Part shown: piece after piece, positions 52,601 through 64,000 of the stretch
Layout of the letters: each line of letters starts with the position of its first letter
How positions within the stretch are numbered: the first letter of the stretch is position 1
NCBI RefSeq assembly: GCF_046119375.1
Contig: NW_027364056.1
Coordinates: 62,001 to 126,000, forward strand
Reading direction: 5' to 3'
Source of the DNA: Phyllobates terribilis
Taxonomy: Eukaryota
DNA length: 64,000 bases
The notes under the pieces: model-generated
Database searches by the model: none
Told to the model about the DNA's origin: nothing
The model's input: the letters and a program-made list of their open reading frames with translations, nothing else
Made by a program: the position numbers and the translations under genes

Positions 52601-55600
52601 TCCACACAGTGATCTATTATATAGAGTCATTACACACAGAGCCATCTATTATATAGAGTCATTACACACAGAGCGATCTATTATATAGAGTCATTACACA
52701 CAGAGGGATCTATTATATAGAATCATTCCACGCAGCGCGATCTATTATATAGAGTCATTATACACAGAGGGATCTATTATATAGAGTCATTACACACAGA
52801 GGGATCTATTATATAGAGTCATTACACACAGAGTGATCTATTATATAGTGTCATTACACACAGAGGGATCTATTATATAGAGTCATTACACACAGAGCGA
52901 TCTATTATATAGAGTCATTACACACTGAGTGATCTATTATATAGAGTCATTACACACAGAGTGATCTATTATATAGTGTCATTATACACAGAGGGATCTA
53001 TTATATAGAGTCATTACACACAGAGGGATCTATTATATAGAGTCATTACACACAGAGGGATCTATTATATAGAGTCATTACAGGCAGAGGGATCTATTAT
53101 ATAGAGTCATTACAGGCAGAGGGATCTATTATATAGAGTCATTACACACAAAGGGATCTATTATATAGAGTCATTACACACAGAGGGATCTATTATATAG
53201 AGTCATTACAGGCAGAGGGATCTATTATATAGAGTCATTACACACAGAGGGATCTATTATATAGAGTCATTCCACACAGAGGGATCTATTATATAGAGTC
53301 ATTCCATGCAGAGGGATCTATTATATAGAGTCATTCCACACAGAGGGATCTATTATATAGAGTCATTCCACACAGAGGGATCTATTATATAGAGTCATTC
53401 CACACAGAGGGATCTATTATATAGAGTCATTCCACACAGAGGGATCTATTATATAGAGTCATTCCACACAGAGGGATCTATTATATAGAGTCATTCCACA
53501 CAGAGGGATCTATTATATAGAGTCATTCCACACAGAGGGATCTATTATATAGAGTCATTCCACGCAGCGCGATCTATTATATAGAGTCATTACACACAGA
53601 GGGATCTATTATATAAAGCCATTACACACAGAGGGATCTATTATAAAGAGTCATTACACTCACAGGGATCTATTATATAGAGCCATTACGCGCAGAGGGA
53701 ACTATTATATAGAGTCATTACACACAGAGGGATCTATTATATAGAGTCATTACACACAGTGATCTATTATATATAGTCATTACACACTGAGGGATCTATT
53801 ATATAGAGTCATTACACACAGAGGGATCTATTATATAGACTCATTACACAGAGCGATCTATTATATAGACTCATTACACAGAGGGATCTATTATATAGAG
53901 TCATTACACACAGAGGGATCTATTATATAGAGTCATTACACACAGAGGGATCTATTATATAGAGTCATTACTCGCAGAGGAATCTATTATATAGAGTCAT
54001 TACACACAGAGGGATCTACTATATAGATCCATTACACACAGAGGAATCTATTATATAGAGTAATTACACACAGAGGGATCTATTATAAAGAGTCATTACA
54101 CACAGAGCGATCTATTATATAGAGTCATTACACACAGAGGGATCTATTATATAGAGTCATTACACACAGAGGGATCTATTATATAGAGTCATTACACACA
54201 GAGGGATCTACTATATATAGTCATTACACACAGAGGGATCTATTATATAGAGTCTTACACACAGAGGGATCTATTATGTAGAGACATTACACGCAGAGGG
54301 ATCTATTATATAGAGTCATTACACACAGAGGGATCTATTATATATAGTCATTACACACAGAGGGATCTATTATATAGAGTCATTACACGCAGAGGGATCT
54401 ATTATATAGAGTCATTACAGGCAGAGGGATCTATTATATAGAGTCATTACAGGCAGAGGGATCTATTATATAGAGTCATTACACGCAGAGGGATCTATTC
54501 TATAGAGTCATTACACGCAGAGGGATCTATTCTATAGAGTCATTACACGCAGAGGGATCTATTCTATAGAGTCATTACACGCAGAGGGATCTATTCTATA
54601 GAGTCATTACTCGCAGAGGGATCTATTCTATAGAGTCATTACACGCAGAGGGATCTATTCTATAGAGTCATTACACGCAGAGGGATCTATTCTATAGAGT
54701 CATTACACGCAGAGGGATCTATTATATAGAGTCATTCCACACAGAGGGATCTATTATATAGAGTCATTCCACACAGAGGGGTCTATTATATAGAGTCATT
54801 CCACACAGAGGGATCTATTATATAGAGTCATTACACACAGAGGGATCTATTATATAGAGTCATTCCACACAGAGGGATCTATTATATAGAGTCATTCCAC
54901 ACAGAGGGATCTATTATATAGAGTCATTCCACGCAGAGGGATCTATTATATCGAGTCATTACACACAGAGGGATCTATAATATAGAGTCATTACACACAG
55001 AGTGATCTATTATATAGAGTCATTACACACAGAGCCATCTATTATATAGAGTCATTACACACAGAGGGATCTATTATATAGAATCATTCCACGCAGCGCG
55101 ATCTATTATATAGTGTCATTATACACAGAGGGATCTATTATATAGAGTCATTACACACAGAGGGATCTATTATATAGAGTCATTACACACAGAGTGATCT
55201 ATTATATAGTGTCATTACACACAGAGGGATCTATTATATAGAGTCATTACACACAGAGCGATCTATTATATAGAGTCATTACACACTGAGTGATCTATTA
55301 TATAGAGTCATTACACACAGAGTGATCTATTATATAGTGTCATTATACACAGAGGGATCTATTATATAGAGTCATTACACACAGAGGGATCTATTATATA
55401 GAGTCATTACACACAGAGGGATCTATTATATAGAGTCATTACAGGCAGAGGGATCTATTATATAGAGTCATTACAGGCAGAGGGATCTATTATATAGAGT
55501 CATTACACACAGAGGGATCTATTATATAGAGTCATTACACACAGAGGGATCTATTATATAGAGTCATTACAGGCAGAGGGATCTATTATATAGAGTCATT

Positions 55601-57660
55601 ACACACAGAGGGATCTATTATATAGAGTCATTACACACAGAGGGATCTATTATATAGAGTCATTACACGCAGAGGGATCTATTATATAGAGTCATTACAG
55701 GCAGAGGAATCTATTATATAGAGTCATTACACACAGAGGGATCTATTATATAGAGTCATTACACACAGAGGGATCTATTATATAGAGTCATTACACACAG
55801 AGGGATCTATTATATAGAGTCATTACACACAGAGGGATCTATTATATAGAGTCATTACACACAGAGGGATCTATTATATAGAGTCATTACACACAGAGGG
55901 ATCTATTATATAGAGTCATTACACACAGAGGGATCTATTCTATAGAGTCATTACACGCAGAGGGATGTATTCTATAGAGTCATTACACGCAGAGGGATCT
56001 ATTATATAGAGTCATTCCACACAGAGGGATCTATTATATAGAGTCATTCCACACAGAGGGGTCTATTATATAGAGTCATTCCACACAGAGGGATCTATTA
56101 TATAGAGTCATTACACACAGAGGGATCTATTATATAGAGTCATTCCACACAGAGGGATCTATTATATAGAGTCATTCCACACAGAGGGATCTATTATATA
56201 GAGTCATTCCACGCAGAGGGATCTATTATATAGAGTCATTACACACAGAGGGATCTATAATATAGAGTCATTACAAACAGAGTGATCTATTATATAGAGT
56301 CATTACACACAGAGCCATCTATTATATAGAGTCATTACACACAGAGCGATCTATTATATAGAGTCATTACACACAGAGGGATCTATTATATAGAGTCATT
56401 ACACACAGAGGGATCTATTATATAGAGTCATTACACACAGAGGGATCTATTATATAGAATCATTCCACGCAGCGCGATCTATTATATAGAGTCATTATAC
56501 ACAGAGGGATCTATTATATAGAGTCATTACACACAGAGGGATCTATTATATAGAGTCATTACACACAGAGTGATCTATTATATAGTGTCATTACACACAG
56601 AGGGATCTATTATATAGAGTCATTACACACAGAGCGATCTATTATATAGAGTCATTACACACTGAGTGATCTATTATATAGAGTCATTACACAGAGGGAT
56701 CTATTATATAGAGTCATTACACACAGAGGGATCTATTATATAGAGTCATTACAGGCAGAGGGATCTATTATATAGAGTCATTACAGGCAGAGGGATCTAT
56801 TATATAGAGTCATTACACACAGAGGGATCTATTATATAGAGTCATTACACACAGAGGGATCTATTATATAGAGTCATTACAGGCAGAGGGATCTATTATA
56901 TAGAGTCATTACACACAGAGGGATCTATTATATAGAGTCATTACAGGCAGAGGGATCTATTATATAGAGTCATTACAGGCAGAGGGATCTATTATATAGA
57001 GTCATTACACCCAGAGGGATCTATTATATAGAGTCATTACACACAGAGGGATCTATTATATAGAGTCATTACACACAGAGGGATCTATTATATAGAGTCA
57101 TTACACACAGAGGGATCTATTATATAGAGTCATTACACACAGAGGGATCTATTATATAGAGTCATTACACACAGAGCGATCTATTATATAGAGTCATTAC
57201 ACACAGAGGGATCTATTATATAGAGTCATTACACACAGAGCGATCTATTATATAGAGTCATTACACACAGAGGGATCTATTATATAGAGTCATTACACAC
57301 AGAGGGATCTATTATATAGAGTCATTACACACAGAGAGATCTATTATATAGAGTCATTACACACAGAGGGATCTATTATATAGAGTCATTACACACAGAG
57401 GGATCTATTATATAGAGTCATTACACACAGAGGGATCTATTATATAGAGTCATTACACACAGAGAGATCTATTATATAGAGTCATTACACACAGAGCGAT
57501 CTATTATATAGAGTCATTACACACAGAGGGATCTATTTCAGCCATTGAAAACACAAAAGTCATTATCTCAGTAAATTAGAATACTTTATAACAACAGGTT
57601 TGATTGTGGAGCCTACTGAAACAGACTAAGGGACTTTTGCAGGTGTTTTTTGTTAATTAT
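40609..57660 (-). mobile_element. Degenerate, internally deleted Tc1/mariner (IR/DR type) remnant whose terminal repeat is split by the 32-bp satellite
   Basis: TA followed by CAGGGGGATCTCAATAAATTAGAGTATC at 40607-40636. A second copy of the same core, ATTATCTCAGTAAATTAGAATAC, lies at about 57562-57584. The reverse complement of 57600-57660 (AAAACACCTGCAAA...TCAGTAGGCTCCACAATCA) resembles the sequence just upstream of the transposase ATG in fish/frog Tc1-like elements (from recall). No transposase and no opposite TIR were seen. Confidence 0.7.
40688..57535. repeat. AT-rich satellite, 32-bp unit TATTATATAGAGTCATTACACACAGAGGGATC, about 525 copies (16.8 kb)
   Basis: GAGGGATC recurs at 40711 and 40743. 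There are frequent 30-bp (CA-deletion) variants and diagnostic substitutions. Confidence 0.99.
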
Positions 57661-57990
57661 GAAAAATAATAACAATAATCTTCATCGATAATGAAAAAAA
57701 TAGTCATTTTTAATGTGTTTTTTTTTTTTAAATAATAAAGATCACAAACCAGCAAAAAGTGTTTTTTTTTTCAGAAGAAGCCAGAGAGAGAAAATGCTCC
57801 AAAACCGCAGAGTTCAGCAGAGTCTTCAGAGCTCAGAGAGCGGAGACCTCATGGAGTCACATCCACTCTGCTTGGACATTTAGACCTTGTTCACATGTAG
57901 CGTAAATGCCGCGTGTTTTTTGTGGCTTCTCTTGCACAAAATTCTGCTGTTTAACTGTCTAAGCAAAGGGGATGTGATTTCATGAGAAGG

Positions 57991-58004
57991 GCGCCCCCTG
58001 TGGT
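57991..58004 (-). promoter_or_regulatory. Weak CTCF-like motif (ACCACAGGGGGCGC)
   Basis: The core AGGGGGCGC is present but the 5' half matches imperfectly. It lies in the unique island between two satellites. Confidence 0.3.
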
Positions 58005-58689
58005 CTGAAAACGCCGGTGAACGCTGCGGTTTTGGTGCTTTTTTCTCTCTCGTCTTCTTGTGGAGCCTAAAAAAAAAAACGCAGGTAAAAAACTGCAGAA
58101 ACTTTATTAAGAATCAAAGCTTTTCTGTATATAAAAAACACATTAAAAAGGCGTCTTCACATCTGCACCAGAATCGCATCAAATAAGGGAGAAGATGGTT
58201 ATTGTGGAGTCTGGTGCGGATCCTGCAGTATTTCTGCACCGTGTGAACACGGCCACAGACGCCGGATGTCGTATAGTGACGCCACATAGAGATGAGAAAG
58301 ATCTGGCGGCTCCGACTGCGAATGAAGGAGAAAGAAATAATCCGAGAGATGAGCCGGACGCACAGAGGACGTCGCTGCGGCCCGGGGGGATCAGCAGCCG
58401 CCGGGGGCTCCGGGAGGTGAGAGATTCACGGCCTACGTCCACCCGCCGGGGACCAGAGACCCAGGAACCATCCGCCCGTCTCTAGACTCATCTGTCCTGG
58501 ACACAGTGGACAGTCCTGGATTCTACGCCCTGCAGTCTCGAGCGTCTGCTGTGTGTCCCTCACTGCTAGCGCCCCTCTGACAACTCCTCCTGCCAGGCGC
58601 ATGGCCAAAAGTTACCACGGGCGCAATACACACGCCACATGATCTGACCCTCTTTCTTTTCTTCAAAATTTGGGCGGTCTGACACAGCA

Positions 58690-61600
58690 CCCACTAGACA
58701 CACACTAGACACACATGCACAGAACACACACTAGACACACATGCACAGAACACACACTAGACACACATGCACAGAACACACACTGGACACACATGCACAG
58801 AACACACACTGGACACACATGCACAGCACACACACTAGACACACATGCACAGAACACACACTGGACACACATGCACAGCACACACACTGGACACACATGC
58901 ACAGCACACACACTAGACACACATGCACAGAACACACACTAGACACACATGCACAGCACACACACTAGACACACATGCACAGCATACACAGGACACACAT
59001 TAGACGCACATGCACAGCACACACACTAGACACACATGCACAGCATACACAGGGCACACACTAGACACACATGCACAGCACACACACATGCACAGAACAC
59101 ACACTAGACACACATGCACAGCACACACACATGCACAGCACACACACTAGACACACATACTCAGGACACACATTAGACGCACATGCACAGCACACACACT
59201 AGACACACATGCACAGCATACACAGGGCACACACTAGACACACATGCACAGCACACACACATGCACAGCACACACACTAGACACACATACTCAGGACACA
59301 CATTAGACACACATGCACAGAACACACACTAGACACACATGCACAGCATACACAGGACACACATTAGACGCACATGCACAGCACACACACTAGACACACA
59401 TGCACAGCACACACAGGGCACACACTAGACACACATGCACAGCATACACACATGCACAGCACACACACTAGACACACATGCACAGCATACACAGGGCACA
59501 CACTAGACACACATGCACAGCACACACACATGCACAGCACACACACTAGACACACATGCACAGCATACACAGGACACACACTAGACGCACATGCACAGCA
59601 CACACACTAGACACACATGCACAGCATACACAGGGCACACACTAGACACACATGCACAGCACACACACATGCACAGAACACACACTAGACACACATGCAC
59701 AGCATACACAGGACACACATTAGACGCACATGCACAGCACACACACTAGACACACATGCACAGCACACACAGGGCACACACTAGACACACATGCACAGCA
59801 CACACATGCACATCATACACAGGACACACATTAGACACACATGCACAGCACACACACTAGACACACATGCACAGCATACACAGGACACACACTAGACACA
59901 CATGCACAGCACACACACTAGACACACATGCACAGCACACACAGGACACACACTAGACACACACTAGACACACATGCACAGCACACACACATGCACAGCA
60001 TACACAGGACACACATTAGACGCACATGCACAGCACACACACTAGACACACATGCACAGCATACACAGGACACACACTAGACACACATGCACAGCACACA
60101 CACTAGACACACATGCACAGCACACACAGGACACACACTAGACACACACTAGACACACATGCACAGCACACACACTAGACACACATGCACAGCAGACACA
60201 GGACACACACTAGACACACATGCACAGCACACACACTAGACACACATGCACAGCACACACACTAGACACACATGCACAGCACACACAGGACACACACTAG
60301 ACACACATGCACAGCACACACACTAGACACACATGCACAGCACACACACTAGACACACATGCACAGCAAACACAGCACACACACTAAACACACATGCACA
60401 GCACACACACCAGACACATGCACAGCATACACAGGACACACACTAGACACACATGCACAGCACACACTAGACACACATGCACAGCACACACTAGACACAC
60501 ATGCACAGCATGCACACTAGACACACATGCACAGCATACACAGGACACACACTAGACACACATGCACAGCACACACACTAGACACACATGCACAGCATAA
60601 ACAGGGCACACACTAGACACACATGCACAGCACACACACATGCACAGCATACACAGGACACACATGCACAGAACACACACTAGACACACATGCACAGAAC
60701 ACACACATGCACAGCATACACAGGACACACATGCACAGAACACACACTAGACACACATGCACAGAACACACACTAGACACACATGCACAGCACACACACT
60801 AGACACACATACACAGCACACACACTGGACACACATGCACAGCACACACACTAGACACACATGCACAGCATACACAGGGCACACACTAGACACACATGCA
60901 CAGCACACACACTAGACACACATGCACAGCATACACAGGGCACACACTAGACACACATGCACAGCACACACACATGCACAGCATACACAGGGCACACATT
61001 AGACGCACATGCACAGCACACACACATGCATAGCACACACACTAGACACACATGCACAGCATACACAGGACACACACTAGACACACAGGCACAGCACACA
61101 CACTAGACACACATGCACAGCACACACAGGACACACACTAGACACACACTAGACACACATGCACAGCACACACACTAGACACACATGCACAGCACACACA
61201 GGACACACACTAGACACACATGCACAGCACACACACTAGACACACATGCACAGCACACACACTAGACACACATGCACAGCAAACACAGCACACACACTAA
61301 ACACACATGTACAGCACACACACCAGACACATGCACAGCATACACAGGACACACACTAGACACACATGCACAGCACACACTAGACACACATGCACAGCAC
61401 ACACTAGACACACATGCACAGCATGCACACTAGACACACATGCACAGCATACACAGGACACACACTAGACACACATGCACAGCACACACACATGCACAGC
61501 ATACACAGGACACACATGCACAGCACACACACTAGACACACATGCACAGCATACACAGGACTCACACTAGACACACATGCACAGCACACACATATGCACA

Positions 61601-62530
61601 GCATACACACTAGACACACATGCACAGCATACACAGGACTCACACTAGACACACATGCACAGCACACACATATGCACAGCATACACAGGACACACATTAG
61701 ACACACATGCACAGCACACACACATGCACAGCACACACACTAGACACACATGCACAGCATACACAGGACACACACTAGACACAAGCATGCACAGCACACA
61801 CACTAGACACACATGCACAGCACACACAGGACACACACTAAACACACATGCACAGCACACACAGTAGACACACATGCACAGCACACACACTAGACACACA
61901 TTCTCAGCAGACACAGCACACACACATTCTCAGCACGCACAGCACACACATTAGACACACATGCACAGCACACACACTAGACACCCATGCACAGCATACA
62001 CAGGACACACACTAGATACACATGCACAGCACACACACTAGACACCCATGCACAGCATACACAGGACACACACTAGATACACATGCACAGCACACACACT
62101 AGACACACATGCACAGCACACACAGGACACACACTAGACACACATGCACAGCAAACACAGGACACACACTAGACACACATGCACAGGACACACACTAGAC
62201 ACACATGCACAGCACACACAGGACACACACTAGACACACATGCACAGCACACACACTAGACACACATGTCACATGCACAGCACACACACTAGACACACAT
62301 TCTCAGCAGACACAGCACACACATTAGACACACATTCTCAGCACACACATTAGACACACATTCACAGCACACACATTAGACACACATGCACAGCACACAC
62401 ATTAGACATACATTCACAGCACACACACATTCACAGCACACACATTAGACACACATGCACAGCACACACATTAGACACACATGCACAACACACACATTAG
62501 ACACACATGCACAGCATACACACACACTAG
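58690..62530. repeat. CA-rich compound minisatellite, ~26-bp base unit ACACACACTAGACACACATGCACAGC with modular variants
   Basis: Read directly. Modules CTAGACACAC, ATGCACAGC and ATACACAGG are combined in varying order. Confidence 0.97.
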
Positions 62531-62847
62531 TCAGCACTCTGCAGGTTAGATATTACTGTTTCTCGGTGGTAGCGCTCCCCTGATAAACCTCTCATGTTCC
62601 CGATGAGGGGCTCCTCATTATGGTGGGCTCATTCCCAGCATTTCTGTATTCTGTGAAACCTCGGATGAATTGGACACATATGCTTTTATGGCACAGTTTC
62701 CCTCACCGCACCGCTAATTATCTGCTCTCTAATATAGAGGAACAAGAAGTGGGGTCTGACAGTTGCCAGCAGGGATCCAGGGATCTCAGCACCCCACATG
62801 CCCTTCTTATGGTGGGGACTGGGACCCCACAGAGAAGTAGCCCTTAC

Positions 62848-62950
62848 CTTGCTGTCTGGACCTTGTGGCGAGGTTCGGAGAAGTTGTGAATCTGGATGAA
62901 CATGAGCCTGAGAACATACCGAAAGCAGAAGTGTCAGCGGAGCCAGGGAC
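62848..62950 (-). other. C1QB: Candidate 5' (largely non-coding) exon 1 of C1QB; upstream boundary approximate
   Basis: Strong donor AAG|GTAAGG (62848/62847) directly downstream of ETS/PU.1 motifs and a GC box. Mammalian C1QB has a non-coding first exon, and the ATG exon here has a clear acceptor 8 nt before the ATG, so an upstream exon must exist. Confidence 0.5.
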
Positions 62951-63079
62951 GGGCGGAGGGGGCGCTCAGGACTTCCTCGAGATCTCCGCTTCCTCTTCAC
63001 CCACAGCCAAAGAAAAGGGATGAATCAGATCTGGTGCTTCTAAAAATGAGACGGGGACTTTTAGGATTGCTACTTCCTG
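62951..63079 (-). promoter_or_regulatory. Candidate TATA-less myeloid promoter: GC box plus three ETS/PU.1-type GGAA sites
   Basis: GGGCGG at 62951-62956; ACTTCCTC at 62971-62978; CGCTTCCTCTTC at 62987-62998 (reverse complement GAAGAGGAAGCG, close to the PU.1 consensus); ACTTCCTG at 63072-63079. C1q genes are known PU.1/IRF8 targets in macrophages. Confidence 0.5.
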
Positions 63080-63092
63080 TAGGTGGCGCTAG
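63074..63092 (+). promoter_or_regulatory. Candidate CTCF site (TTCCTGTAGGTGGCGCTAG)
   Basis: Matches CCNNNAGGTGGCGCTA of the CTCF consensus and overlaps the third ETS site. Confidence 0.45.
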
Positions 63093-64000
63093 AGTTCTAG
63101 TCTCTTCCCCTCTGTCAGGCAAAATGTATTTTTGTCCTAGTTTTAAAAATGTTGACAGGACAGCCAGAGATGTCTTAAATCTCAATCCCTGTTCACTTGG
63201 AAGGGACCTCCATAGAAATCTACTCTTGCTTCCCCCAAACAAGGAATTTTTATAACTGTCATAAACCTCAGCCAAAAGCAAGCATACTGATCTACACTGG
63301 ATTTTCCCTCCAAAGCCCTATTGTGTAACTGTACAAACTTTTAATGTCGAGTTTAATAATGCTCATTTGTCACAAACACGTGGACCACATTTTTGGGATG
63401 CTCACCTTTTTCCAGTTATGATGGTGTATCATTCATAACTGGGAAATCACTAGAAACCTAGGAAATGGGGTCTGAGCTTCTGAACGTCATAGAAATATCA
63501 TATTTGATATCAATCTCCGTGAATATTGGTGATGGCAAACATGATGTATCCATCTTGGATGTGGGGCCCCCCCATACCAAGATATGGAAGATGAAGGATT
63601 TTTATGTCTTGTGAAGCTGGGTAGGTTCACAAAACCGAGCCCCCGTGTGAGTTAAACAACATGGGGGTGTCCTAGTGTTTTGCCTCCTTACTAAAGACCA
63701 GAACGGCCATGTTGGCTCATTCTACCCAGGGATGTCAGACGCAAGCACTCCTCGTTGCGTGGAGGAATCACACCTAATTTCCGGGGAGCTGTCCCCCCCC
63801 ACAGAATCTGAGACCATCACCTCGTGGCACAGGTTTTGTTATTACTTTTCCCTTTTATTTTAATAACTGTTTATGCATATATGTAAATTGTCTCTTTTAT
63901 AATATCTTGCACATCTTTTGTAAACACTGCCCACTTTCGGGAGTAAATCATTATTATTTACCAGCTTCGTTCTTCTTGTCCTATGTCGAGCAAACACATT

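Noticed and set aside
57880-58175. Possible MITE remnant (TTAGACCTTGTTCACAT… with AAAAACGCAG tracts), with a similar fragment near 35826-35890
   Set aside because: It resembles anuran MITE-like repeats from memory, but I could not define TIRs or a TSD.
58195-58485. 96-aa ORF in the GC-rich island between satellites
   Set aside because: No homology recognised, and overlapping antisense ORFs of similar length indicate a GC-content artefact.
63600-64000. Possible ERV/LTR fragment at the right edge
   Set aside because: The composition is suggestive, but no terminus, PBS or second copy is visible in the window.

Overview
Vertebrate genomic DNA, probably anuran amphibian (inferred from the repeat landscape and C1q sequence). 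About 80% of the window is tandem repeat from six unrelated families (33/25, 36-37, 31, 58, 32 and ~26 bp units), and nearly all long entries in the ORF track are artefacts of these arrays. The one clear host gene is complement C1QB on the minus strand: coding exons 40443-40281 and 40210-39621 separated by a 70-bp intron, 250 aa. A candidate non-coding exon 1 and PU.1-type promoter lie near 62.85-63.1 kb, and a candidate poly(A) signal at 38538 would put a 58-bp minisatellite in the 3' UTR. The most novel-looking object is a 4.5-kb LTR retroelement (24623-29128) with ~1.2-kb LTRs, a tRNA-Ser-type PBS and an ATGG TSD. It has no pol, and its single intact 368-aa ORF carries a Y-box-like cold-shock domain. 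A related solo LTR (29511-30758, minus) sits in the same polypurine tract. The 16.8-kb 32-bp satellite appears to have expanded from inside a Tc1/mariner IR/DR terminal repeat, between the outer and inner direct repeats. C1QB also shows three lost Gly-X-Y glycines near the kink and an extended head loop with an N-glycosylation sequon. All family assignments come from visual inspection and recall; no database searches were run.
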